Shown in pieces: positions 39,535 through 48,785 of a stretch of DNA of 64,000 nucleotides. The position numbers and the translations under genes were made by a program. This DNA is from an uncultured bacterium (GTDB lineage Bacteria; Desulfobacterota_D; UBA1144; Nemesobacterales; UBA2774): positions 416,001 to 480,000 of the forward strand of contig CAVPJU010000010.1 in the NCBI GenBank assembly GCA_963705505.1. Direction: 5' to 3'. Position 1 is the first letter of the stretch. Each line of letters starts with the position of its first letter. Below the pieces are notes generated by a model. The model ran no database searches. It was not told where the DNA came from and saw only the letters and a list, made by a program, of their open reading frames with translations.

Positions 39535-39948
39535 TTATATATGCTTTCTCATAATCAGACAATTTTTTCCGCCGGCCCTCTTATATTCAAGCTCGTTCAT
39601 ATAGGTCTTGACCAGATAGATGCCGAGCCCGCCTATGGGTCTTTCGTCTATCGGGCATTTGAGATCGGGAGTCTTGAATTCGAGCGGATTAAACGGTTTC
39701 CCGTCGTCCTCGACCACCACTTCGATGACTCCCGTTCCCGACCTTACTTTGACCACTATGAGATGCTCGTTCTGGTCGTCGTAGCCGTATGTAATTACGT
39801 TGGTTACGATCTCGTCGAGAGAGAGGGTAAGCGCGAAAACCACATTCGAGGGCAATTCCCTGAATTCACAGTATTGCCTGAGTGTGTTTTTAAGGTGGGA
39901 TAATTCGCTGTACCGGTTTCTGAGCTGAATCGAGAGATCGGAATTCAT
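39535..39948 (-). CDS. Anti-sigma factor Ser kinase (RsbW-like)
   Basis: LDE...N...YGY, D.G.PFNP, GGLGI.LV. Confidence 0.9.
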   Translation of the reverse strand: MNSDLSIQLRNRYSELSHLKNTLRQYCEFRELPSNVVFALTLSLDEIVTNVITYGYDDQNEHLIVVKVRSGTGVIEVVVEDDGKPFNPLEFKTPDLKCPIDERPIGGLGIYLVKTYMNELEYKRAGGKNCLIMRKHI

Positions 39949-41153
39949 GACTTATTATATCTGATCGCGAGAACCGCCATGTCGTCGGCCAAATGGACCC
40001 CGCGCGAGAACTCCTGGACATCCCTTAACACCTTACCGACCGTGTCCCTCGGATTTTCGAAGCCGTCCGCGGTAAGCAAATCCCTGAGCCTCTTGTCCGT
40101 AAAAAGACTTTTATCCCCGTTAACCGCTTCCGTCAGGCCGTCGCTGTATAAGAATATACCGTCCCCCGGCTCGAGTCTCACGCTCTTTAGTCCGTAGAGC
40201 GAATCGCCTTCTATAACCCCGAGCGCTATGCCTTCGGTGTTTTCGAGCAGTTCCGCTCCGCTTCCGTGACGTATGATAAAAGGGAGATTGTGCCCCCCGT
40301 TGCTATATACTATCTCACCCGTCCTCGTATCCAGGACACCCGTGAAGACGGTGATAAACATCGAGAATTCGTTCTCCATGCAGAGTATCTTGTTCGCTTC
40401 CGCAAGGCACCTGTCGGGGGGGAGACCCTTCACCGCGTCCGCCTTGATCATAGTCCTCGTGACCGCCATGAATAGCGCTCCAGGCACACCTTTTCCGGAA
40501 GCGTCCCCTATAGCGAAATAGAGCCTGTCGTCGTCGATCATGCAGAAGTCGTAGAAGTCGCCGCCCACTTCGCGCGCCGTGATTATTTCACCGAAAATCT
40601 CGAATTCGCCCCTTTCGGGGAACGCGGGGAAGATACCGGGGATCATAGAGAGCTGAATCCTCCGGGCGACTTCGAGCTCCTGACGTATCTCGGTGAGGCG
40701 CTCCCTGTCCTTCATCGCCTGTTTAAGAGCGAGGGCCTCTTCTATAGTTTTTGTTATCGTTATGCCCAGATCGTCGAAATCTATCGGCTTCGTGAGGAAG
40801 TCGAAAGCCCCCAGGTTAAGCGCCCGTCTGATTGTCCTCATATCCCCGTATGAGGAGATGATCACGGACCGGATGAAGGGGTATTCGGTCTTCAACCTCG
40901 AGATGAGCGAAAGCCCGTCCATCCCCGGGAGCTTTATGTCCGTGAGAATGACATCGATCTCGTTCTCTTTCAGCTTATCGAGCGCCTCTTCTCCGCTGTG
41001 CGCGAATACGAAGCGGAATTCGTCGTTCCTTATCTGCCGCCTGAATTTCTGGGTTACGAGGAGCTCGAGGTCGGGCTCGTTGTCCACCACGAGAATAGTC
41101 GCCGGCTTCGTATCCGTTTCGGGTATCGGGTCCTCTAATATTTTATTTTCCAT
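39945..41153 (-). CDS. Response regulator receiver fused to a PP2C/SpoIIE phosphatase (RsbU-like)
   Basis: Receiver motifs LTDI..PGMDG and KP; phosphatase motifs EVGGDFYD, GD.SGKG, N.GH, SDGL.E, DD. Confidence 0.92.
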   Translation of the reverse strand: MENKILEDPIPETDTKPATILVVDNEPDLELLVTQKFRRQIRNDEFRFVFAHSGEEALDKLKENEIDVILTDIKLPGMDGLSLISRLKTEYPFIRSVIISSYGDMRTIRRALNLGAFDFLTKPIDFDDLGITITKTIEEALALKQAMKDRERLTEIRQELEVARRIQLSMIPGIFPAFPERGEFEIFGEIITAREVGGDFYDFCMIDDDRLYFAIGDASGKGVPGALFMAVTRTMIKADAVKGLPPDRCLAEANKILCMENEFSMFITVFTGVLDTRTGEIVYSNGGHNLPFIIRHGSGAELLENTEGIALGVIEGDSLYGLKSVRLEPGDGIFLYSDGLTEAVNGDKSLFTDKRLRDLLTADGFENPRDTVGKVLRDVQEFSRGVHLADDMAVLAIRYNKS

Positions 41154-41272
41154 AATTCAACACCGGGTCCCAAATGTAAAAAAAACTGCTATATGCCCTT
41201 CTCATATTTCAAATGCTGTAAAGACTCTCTGTTTATTGATCCGGGGAACGGTTCTTCCGAGTATGTAAAAGC

Positions 41273-41620
41273 TCATGCGGCTGTCTTCAGGGTTTCAAGC
41301 GCCCTTTCGTAATCGTGCTCGATCGGCATAACTTTATCGAAACCTGCCGTCCTGAGGACGTCCTCGACGTCGGGATGAGGGTTGAGGAGCACCATCCGGG
41401 CACCGAATTTATTGAGAGCCTTGGCTGCTGTAACGAGCATCCTGAGACCGATAGAGGCGATGTAATCGACGTCCGATATATCCACGAGGGCAGGTTTTCT
41501 GCGGGTGACGATATGCCTCGTAAACTCGAGGTCGAGGTCCCCTATCCCTTCCAGATCGACCCTCCCCGAGAGCCTTACGTGCGTTAATTCCTCGTCTTCC
41601 CTTATAACCTTCATCTCCAT
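41273..41620 (-). CDS. STAS anti-sigma factor antagonist (RsbV-like)
   Basis: L.GR.D; D.S.V.YI.S.GLR phospho-Ser motif; GF. Confidence 0.9.
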   Translation of the reverse strand: MEMKVIREDEELTHVRLSGRVDLEGIGDLDLEFTRHIVTRRKPALVDISDVDYIASIGLRMLVTAAKALNKFGARMVLLNPHPDVEDVLRTAGFDKVMPIEHDYERALETLKTAA

Positions 41621-41794
41621 GGAGCTATACCTCCGGATATATGAGAAAATTCATTGGGATTTATTTCATTGAAGTTTATAAACGGAAAGTATTTTCAAGT
41701 CAAAAAAGTTAACAGAAGCTTAACAATTTGCCGGATAGACGGCCGGAACGTTAATTAAAACCGGAAATTCGGACGTGTTTATGCGGGATACGTA

Positions 41795-42121
41795 CTACTC
41801 GGACTCGCTCGCACAGCTTACACAACGGTCTGTGTACGGGAGCGCTTCGAGACGTCCGACTGGGATCGGATCGTCACAAACCGCACATATGCCGTACACG
41901 TTCTTATCCACACGGGCAAGCGCGGAGTTTATCTGGTTCAATTCCGTACGGATGCTCTCGTCGAGAGCCTCTACGACCTCATCGCCCTCACGCTCGATCG
42001 ACTGCTCTTGCCAGTCCTTGGCATAGGTCTTTCTAAGAGACGTTTCGACCCTGTTGAGCCTGTCCTCGAGCTCCCCCTTCTTTTTCCTCAGTCTTTCGAT
42101 TATTGCGTCATACTCACTCAT
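41795..42121 (-). CDS. TraR/DksA C4 zinc-finger protein
   Basis: Coiled coil followed by YGICAVC...IP..RLEALP....CVSC. Confidence 0.9.
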   Translation of the reverse strand: MSEYDAIIERLRKKKGELEDRLNRVETSLRKTYAKDWQEQSIEREGDEVVEALDESIRTELNQINSALARVDKNVYGICAVCDDPIPVGRLEALPYTDRCVSCASESE

Positions 42122-42309
42122 GCATTGCTCCGGTTCTGAACCGAGATAAGTTATTCAACATATTAACACTATTTCAAGATTTAGAATAGCAAAAACAGGG
42201 GACAAAGTAAAATTATTTTAATTCAAATTTAGTCAGCAAGTGAAAGCCGCGCCTGCCGCCGGCACGTCAGCTTATCCATTATGATTTTTTGTTTCGGAGA
42301 TTTATTCTA

Positions 42310-42651
42310 TCAGAAAACCTGGAGTATCGTCTTTTTGAAGAGGGGATTCAGATCGTCCATCGAAGTGTCCCTTATCATCCAGCAGTCTATCTGGTCGCTG
42401 TCGCGGGTGAGGACGAGGTTATAACCGTTGTCCTTGCCCCATTTCATCTGCTCGGAGAGGCACGTGTACTGCTGCTGCTCCTTTTCGTTCAGGTCGTCCA
42501 CAGGCTTGTTCAGTGTGGCCCTTTTTATATTGCCCAGGTAAAAACTCCGGGAGAACTTTGTGCCCGTGTGATTTAAATTGTCCGTATTTATCATTATTTT
42601 CACCCCATTCCTGAAAAATTTATTAGATATATAATAAGTACTAATTCTCAC
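42310..42651 (-). CDS. Hypothetical protein
   Basis: 113-aa ORF, start possibly 42594; no recognised motif. Confidence 0.45.
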   Translation of the reverse strand: MRISTYYISNKFFRNGVKIMINTDNLNHTGTKFSRSFYLGNIKRATLNKPVDDLNEKEQQQYTCLSEQMKWGKDNGYNLVLTRDSDQIDCWMIRDTSMDDLNPLFKKTILQVF

Positions 42652-42805
42652 ATTTCAAGGGGGAATTTTGGATTTGGAGAAAATTAACAGAACCTTAAGA
42701 GTCCCTTATGATTCTCATGTACTAAGATATCTTAAAACTGTTTTATTTAACACGGCCCGCTTTTTTTTGCGGGATCCAACGCATTTGCCCCCTTCAACTG
42801 TTGGT

Positions 42806-43693
42806 CTATCCGCCCAGGTACGTTTCCAGCCGGGACGCGTATCTCGCCACTTCATTGACGAACCCTTTAAGAGTTATGGGATAAATCGTTTCAGGCTGCC
42901 CGAGTACTTCGTCACCCTTTAAATCGAGGTCCGGGTCGAGGGGCGAGTAAATGAATCCCAGGTTGTTCCGCTCGACAAACGCACCTGTAACTGCAAGGCT
43001 GCGCTCGTTAGGAGAAACCAAACTGAACGTATAGCATCCCGAGCCGGGTTTTTCGTACATCCATTGAGCGGTGTAATCGAATGTAATATCGAGCGCCATA
43101 GTATCCCCCGTATGCACCATGGCGTGATTATTGTATCGATAGCCCCTGGGCGACCCTATACAATCAAAAATGAGGCCCCCCGCCTGCGGTATGTCCTGTT
43201 CAAAGACCGCATTTTTAAAAGCCTCCCTGAACTTGTACTCCCCCTGCGTCATGTGATTCGGCAGCCCGTCGATTACCCGGTCATCTCTCTCAATTTCCCC
43301 GAGGACGCGCCCCGCGGCTTCGGCGTTCCCGATCCAATACATGTCAAGCCCGTAGTGTATCTGCCCGTCCGCTATTTTATACAGCTTCGGTATGCCCACA
43401 TGCGAAGACACAATGAAATCGACGTCTCCTTTCTCATCCCCGGTGAACTCGGTAAGAGATTCCAGGATTTCTTCGAAATATATCCTCTTCCTTAAATCCT
43501 TCCGAATCTCACGTATCTTGTATATCGCCTTATTAGCCGAACCGGAATAGGAGATGGAAACCTCCTTATTGAGGACTATCGTTTTGAGCTGCCCGGGAAT
43601 GACATTGTGACCGGTTGTATCAGAATCGGAAATCATGGAATCCGAAAGGATACAAACGCGATCTCCGAACTGCATAGCCATTACTAACGACAT
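42806..43693 (-). CDS. Hypothetical protein with a proteasome-beta/Ntn-hydrolase-like N-terminus
   Basis: After Met removal: Ser1, D17, K36, G50 with a matching beta-strand pattern; AGGA SD. Confidence 0.6.
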   Translation of the reverse strand: MSLVMAMQFGDRVCILSDSMISDSDTTGHNVIPGQLKTIVLNKEVSISYSGSANKAIYKIREIRKDLRKRIYFEEILESLTEFTGDEKGDVDFIVSSHVGIPKLYKIADGQIHYGLDMYWIGNAEAAGRVLGEIERDDRVIDGLPNHMTQGEYKFREAFKNAVFEQDIPQAGGLIFDCIGSPRGYRYNNHAMVHTGDTMALDITFDYTAQWMYEKPGSGCYTFSLVSPNERSLAVTGAFVERNNLGFIYSPLDPDLDLKGDEVLGQPETIYPITLKGFVNEVARYASRLETYLGG

Positions 43694-43763
43694 GGTTTTA
43701 TCCTGTTAATTAGTGCTGACGCTGATTTAAAACGATTGATTAAGTTCCGCTTTACTTCTCAGG

Positions 43764-44090
43764 TTAACAAGGGTTGCTGCGTTTGCAGGACTCGACACAA
43801 TTGCCGCCCTGATTAGGCCTGCAGCACTGCGCGCCGGTGTCGGTATTGAGACAGCAGCACTGCTGCGCAGAGCAGGTCTCGTTCCCGCAGTTCGCCATGG
43901 CGACAATGATTCCGGACGCGGGCGTCAAATCCTCAAACGAATATAGATCAGATGTGATGCCCGGATTCACAAAGCTCACGTCCTGAGGCTGCTGTGATTC
44001 GGCTGGCTGATTGCTTATATAGAATATTCCGCAGGCAAGGAGTATTAATAGTAAGATTGCGAGTGAAAATGATGTTGCGCTATTTCTCAT
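43764..44090 (-). CDS. Exported Cys-rich prepropeptide-like protein
   Basis: Hydrophobic signal; acidic spacer; C-terminal 42 aa contain 10 Cys. Confidence 0.7.
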   Translation of the reverse strand: MRNSATSFSLAILLLILLACGIFYISNQPAESQQPQDVSFVNPGITSDLYSFEDLTPASGIIVAMANCGNETCSAQQCCCLNTDTGAQCCRPNQGGNCVESCKRSNPC

Positions 44091-44210
44091 TTTTTATTCC
44101 CCCTGATACTAAGTAAAAGGATTAATTAAAATGAGGGCGATTGCAAGAGAAAATTTTATTTCATGGATGGAGAGGTAGTTAGAGGAATAGATTTCAGGAG
44201 GACGGACAGG

Positions 44211-44290
44211 CAGATTTCTCACACGTTGGTTCGAAATGACGTCCTTCGACCCTTCGATAGTTCGACAGGCTCACTACTCAGGGCGAACGG
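44211..44290. repeat. REP-like palindrome cluster
   Basis: cagatttc...gaaatgac and a nested ccttcgac...ttcgacaggctca...tcagggcgaacgg unit; relatives at 54025, 56501, 56545, 61058. Confidence 0.7.
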
Positions 44291-44303
44291 GTTGCAGGAA
44301 TCT

Positions 44304-45413
44304 CTAATTGTAAACTCTGACTTCGTTGTAGAGGGCGTCGCGTTCGACGGGGATGAAGCCCGCGTTCTTAATCATGTTGACCATGAAGTCTCGCGTGTGT
44401 CCGAGCTCGGACGGCGCGCCCGCGTCGTGGATTATCTTCTCACGCATGATCGTGCCGTCGGCGTCGCTGCACCCGTAGTGGAGCGCGACCTGAGCCATCT
44501 TCTCGCCGAGCGTGATCCAGTAGGACTTGATGTGGGGGAAGTTGTCGAGGTAGAGCCTCGCAAGGGCGTGAATCTTGAGGTCGTATGAAGCGGGAACGAA
44601 TTTCACCTGCTTCTTAAGCCCCGTGTTCTCGGGCTGGAAAAGCACCGGAATAAAAGCGAAGAACCCGGGAGATCTGTCTTCGATATTTCTCAACCTGTCG
44701 TAATGGTCCACAACGTGAAATGGCTCTTCGATGTGTCCGTAGAGTATCGTCGCGTTCGTCGGTATCCCCATCCTGTGCGCGAGGCTGTGAATCTCCTCCC
44801 ACCTCGTGGCTACAGTCTTGGGGGCGCATATCCTCTTGCGAACGTCGGGGTGCAGAATCTCGGCCCCTCCGCCCGTGAGCGCATCGACGCCGGCTTCCCT
44901 GAGTGTCTCCAGAACCTCTTCGAGACCCATGCCGCTTATCTCCGTAAACCAGTCTATCTCTACCGCGGTGAAGGCCTTGACGTGAGTCTTCGGGAAGTTG
45001 TCCTTGACGAGCTTTACGATGTCGAGGTAGTGCTGGAATTTCCAATCGGGGTGAAGGCCGCCCACTATATGGACCTCGCGTATTTCTTCGCTCAGGAGTG
45101 ACAGTATCTGCTCGTGCGAGAGCTCGTAGGCGTTGGCCGATTTCTTGGTAGTGCCGAAGGCGCAGAACTTGCACGATATCGCGCAAATGTTTGTAGGGTT
45201 CACGTGCCTGTTGACGACGAAATATACCTTGTCCCCCGCCCTCTTCCTCTTGACGTAATCGGCGAGCATGCCGACGGTGTTGAGGTCGGCGGTGTTCATT
45301 ACCGTGAGGCCGTCCTCGAAAGTGAGGCGCTCTCCGTTTGCGACCTTGCCGATTATCGGGAACAGCGCCTTGTCGAAACAGAGCTTCTCTACTTCATCCA
45401 GTATTCTTTCCAT
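44304..45413 (-). CDS. mqnE: Aminofutalosine synthase (radical SAM)
   Basis: NPTN.CAISCKFCAF, E.HIVGG.HP, GGGAEI, NAT.LYGH.E, H.K.YW. Confidence 0.9.
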   Translation of the reverse strand: MERILDEVEKLCFDKALFPIIGKVANGERLTFEDGLTVMNTADLNTVGMLADYVKRKRAGDKVYFVVNRHVNPTNICAISCKFCAFGTTKKSANAYELSHEQILSLLSEEIREVHIVGGLHPDWKFQHYLDIVKLVKDNFPKTHVKAFTAVEIDWFTEISGMGLEEVLETLREAGVDALTGGGAEILHPDVRKRICAPKTVATRWEEIHSLAHRMGIPTNATILYGHIEEPFHVVDHYDRLRNIEDRSPGFFAFIPVLFQPENTGLKKQVKFVPASYDLKIHALARLYLDNFPHIKSYWITLGEKMAQVALHYGCSDADGTIMREKIIHDAGAPSELGHTRDFMVNMIKNAGFIPVERDALYNEVRVYN

Positions 45414-47164
45414 CTTTCGGTTACCGTCTCCTTCACGTCATCGGACATCTCGATTACTACAGGATACCAGCTTTTTATGGTGGCATCTATTCCCATCCTG
45501 CCGCCGTAGAGGACAGCAGAGCCTCTCAACTCGGTCCTCTCGAATATCACGTCGAGATAGGGGTCGAATCTGGTGAATATACCCCATATGAGCTCGGTGT
45601 TGTCGTGAACGTCGATATCGGGGCTGACTATGGCAATTATTCTCACGTCTTCATAGCCCGGCGTCTCGAACAATTTCTTTATCATTTCCTTGGGGTTCTT
45701 ATCGAGCTTGATTGCGAGGATACCACCCTTGAGGAGCCTCCAGTCGAGTATCCCCTTATGCTTCTCCCTCGGGTCGGGCACGCGCCCCGGAGCCTTCCGC
45801 TTATTTTTTCCGCCGTCCTTCTTTCGCACCGCGTTTATGCCCATTTTGCTCCCGACATTCAGCTTCCCGCTCGTGAAGTCAAGCGTGTCGAGGGGAGCCC
45901 AGGGGATCATTAAAAAGTCTTCACTCGGGTCGAAATTCTCCCCTATCTCCGTAAGGACCGCGTCCCAGTCGCGGGGATTGACGTCGCTCGATACCGTAAT
46001 CATGACTTTCGTAAGGAGGAGCTGTCCCGTCCCCCAGAGGGCGAGCATCGCCTTCACGCCGTTACGCGGGTAGCGCTCATCGACCGAGACGACGAGGAGA
46101 TTGTGGAACCCGGCCTCCGGATATGCCCACATGTCCTTTACCTCCGGGTGTATGATCCTCGCGAGCGGGGAGAACATGTCCGCAGCAGCCATTCCCAGGA
46201 ATATGTCCTCCTTCGGGGGCTTGCCCACGACTGTAGCGGGAAAGACCGGATTAATCCTGTGCGTGATCTCGCGGAGATGAAATACCGGGAACTCGGCTTC
46301 CATCGAATAGTGGCCGAAGTGGTCGCCGAACGGGCCTTCGACGCGGAGCTCGTTTTGCGGAACTATGCCTTCGATGACGAATTCGGCGTTGGCGGGGACG
46401 GAAAGCGATATGCTTTTCCCCTTCACCATCGGTATGGGCTTTCCCCTGAGATAGCTCGCGAACGCAAGCTCGTCCATGCCCTCGGGGAGAGGGGCTATAG
46501 CTGTGAATATCATCTTCGGGTCCCCCCCGAGGACGACCGCCGCCTCGAGGTCTTTGCCGAGCTTCGCGGCTTCATGGTAATGTGCGGCTCCGCCCTTGTG
46601 GGGGTGCCAGTGCATGCCCGTTGTTTTCTCGTCGTAAACCTGGAGCCTGTAAATCCCGAGATTCCTCCTGTTCGTCACGGGGTCCTGGGTTAGGACGAGG
46701 CCGAGTGTGATGAACCTCCCCCCGTCGAGGGGCCAGCACTTGATGATCGGCAGCTTCCCGAGATCGGGGCGCTCCCCGATCTCCTGGGATACGCCGGATT
46801 TAACGCTCTTTGTCCTCATGGACAAAAGCTCGTAGATTTTGGGGAGTACGGAGAAAAAGGATTTGAGTGAAGGGGGATTGACCTTGTGGAATAGCTCGAC
46901 GAGCTCTTCGCCGACGTCCCTCGGCTTTCTCCCGAGGGCAAGCTCGACCCTCCCTTCCGTCCCGAAGAGGTTTATCGCTAGGGGGTATGCCGCGCCCTTT
47001 ACGTTCTCGAAAATGAGAGCGGGCCCCCGCTCCTTGATTACGCGAGAGGAAATCTCCGTGATTTCGAGGATGGGGTCGACCTCGGCCTTAACACGTACGA
47101 GGTCGCCTATCGCTTCGAGATAGCCTATATATTGCTTCAGATCGTAGAACTGTTTTTTGCTCAT
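45389..47164 (-). CDS. UbiD-family prFMN decarboxylase (menaquinone futalosine pathway)
   Basis: WP.DGGRFIT, NLG.YR.Q, EGPFGDH.G.YS, GKPP.ED, FHN. Confidence 0.92.
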   Translation of the reverse strand: MSKKQFYDLKQYIGYLEAIGDLVRVKAEVDPILEITEISSRVIKERGPALIFENVKGAAYPLAINLFGTEGRVELALGRKPRDVGEELVELFHKVNPPSLKSFFSVLPKIYELLSMRTKSVKSGVSQEIGERPDLGKLPIIKCWPLDGGRFITLGLVLTQDPVTNRRNLGIYRLQVYDEKTTGMHWHPHKGGAAHYHEAAKLGKDLEAAVVLGGDPKMIFTAIAPLPEGMDELAFASYLRGKPIPMVKGKSISLSVPANAEFVIEGIVPQNELRVEGPFGDHFGHYSMEAEFPVFHLREITHRINPVFPATVVGKPPKEDIFLGMAAADMFSPLARIIHPEVKDMWAYPEAGFHNLLVVSVDERYPRNGVKAMLALWGTGQLLLTKVMITVSSDVNPRDWDAVLTEIGENFDPSEDFLMIPWAPLDTLDFTSGKLNVGSKMGINAVRKKDGGKNKRKAPGRVPDPREKHKGILDWRLLKGGILAIKLDKNPKEMIKKLFETPGYEDVRIIAIVSPDIDVHDNTELIWGIFTRFDPYLDVIFERTELRGSAVLYGGRMGIDATIKSWYPVVIEMSDDVKETVTERWKEYWMK

Positions 47165-47287
47165 TATGTGAACCCGTTTGAAAAAAGATAATTTATCGGA
47201 AGATTATTCGCGGTCAAACTTAATGTTGTTTATGAAGATTCATTTCCGGATTAATTTTTGCGAAAATAGACGGAGCGGAACGGGAAT

Positions 47288-47840
47288 CTAGTCCAGCTCC
47301 TCGTGCTTCCAGCCGTTCCCAGTGCCTACTCCCATAATATTGAGCACTTTGTCGACATAACCCTCTATGAGGTCCTTTAACGGAGTCGGCTTTGATGTAA
47401 TGGGGAGGGCTTATGGGCATTATAATGGCCCCTTCCCTCGAGAGCTTGAGCGCGTTCTCGAGAGCAATCGAGCTCAACGGGGTCTCCCTCAGAGCGATCA
47501 CGATCCTCCTTCTCTCCTTGAGCGCCACCTGGGCTATCCTCGTAATAAGGGTATCGGCTATGCCGTTCGCTATCTTTGCCAGTGTGGATATCGAGCAGGG
47601 AATAATGACCAGGGAATCGAAGTGGTTGCTTCCCGATGAAAACGGGGCCGCAAGGTCTGAATCGCTGTAAATATCCCTGACCCAGGGCCTTAATTCCTCC
47701 ACCTTGAGCCCGAGCTCTTCATGGAGCACCCTCTTCCCCCATTTGCTCGCTATAAGGTATTTTTCCTCAGGGCACCTCCTGAGGAAGTCAACGCCGTAAG
47801 CTACCCCGGACGCTCCTGTAAATCCGACTATCGTTCGCAT
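47288..47840 (-). CDS. ubiX: Flavin prenyltransferase (+1 frameshift near 47378)
   Basis: TGASG..YG, SSGS, PCS..TL..IA.G, ALKERR, RETP; the shifted frame ends DLIEGYVDKVL...HEELD-stop at 47288. Confidence 0.9.
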
Positions 47841-47842
47841 TT

Positions 47843-48685
47843 CTAGGGTAAGTATATCCCAGAGAGGACAAAAAGGAAGACGGCTAAACCCACGAGGATA
47901 TTGATCTTGAAGAACGCGAGGTCGACGTTTTCCGACTTTTTATGCTCCAGGTAGAGGAGAAAACCGATGACCCCGAGAAATACTCCGGCCACTATCGTCT
48001 TGAACATAAAGAAATATATGAACGCGATGCAGAAGAAGGCCGCATAGTGGAGTATGCCGGCAATATAGAGTCCCGTATCTCTCCCGTAAACGACGACAAT
48101 GGAGTATATGCCGGTACTCCTATCGGACTCCTCGTCGAGAGTCGCGTATATAATGTCGAATCCCGATACCCAGAAGAACGTGAATAACGAGAGCATGACC
48201 GCCGGGAGTATGCCCGACAGCGAGCACGTAACCGCAACCCACCCCCCGAGCGGGGCGAGGGCGAGGCCGAGTCCCACTCCGAAATGGCAGAGCGGGGTGA
48301 AGCGTTTCATCAGGGGATAAACGATAAACACGGCTATCGGGACCGGAGAGAGGTAAAGAACCAGATCGCATAGCAAATAAGCGGAGACGAAGTATAGTAC
48401 CAATCCCGCGGCGGTGATTCCGAGCGCGTTTATAAGGCTAATCCTGCCTGAAGGGAGCTCCCTCCCTTTCGTCCTCGGATTGAGACTGTCTATTCTCCTG
48501 TCGATTATCCTGTTAAGCGCAAGCGCGGCAGTCCTCGCGCCCGTTCCCGCGAGTATTATCAAAAGCAGGAGTTTAGTCTCGGGGAGTCCTCCCCACGCGA
48601 GAAAAGCACCCGCAAAAATCAGCGGGAGCGAAAAGAGAGTGTGCTCGAACTTAATAAAACTTGCGAAGTTCCTTATCTTTTCCAT
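47843..48685 (-). CDS. UbiA-family polyprenyltransferase (MqnP-like)
   Basis: KFEHTLF.LP, NR..D..ID..NPRT..R.LP.G, Y...KRFT, GFDIIYA..D...D. Confidence 0.92.
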   Translation of the reverse strand: MEKIRNFASFIKFEHTLFSLPLIFAGAFLAWGGLPETKLLLLIILAGTGARTAALALNRIIDRRIDSLNPRTKGRELPSGRISLINALGITAAGLVLYFVSAYLLCDLVLYLSPVPIAVFIVYPLMKRFTPLCHFGVGLGLALAPLGGWVAVTCSLSGILPAVMLSLFTFFWVSGFDIIYATLDEESDRSTGIYSIVVVYGRDTGLYIAGILHYAAFFCIAFIYFFMFKTIVAGVFLGVIGFLLYLEHKKSENVDLAFFKINILVGLAVFLFVLSGIYLP

Positions 48686-48785
48686 GAGAAAATCTAACGT
48701 TTCTCCGAATAAGGCTTTCAGTCTACTTTACTTTTACTCCCTCTTCTATACAATAACCCTCTATTCCAACGGGGCGGAGAAAATC

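Noticed and set aside
48414..48785. 124-aa N-terminal extension of MgtE
   Set aside because: It overlaps the divergent UbiA-like gene; the MgtE N-domain begins at ATG 48786
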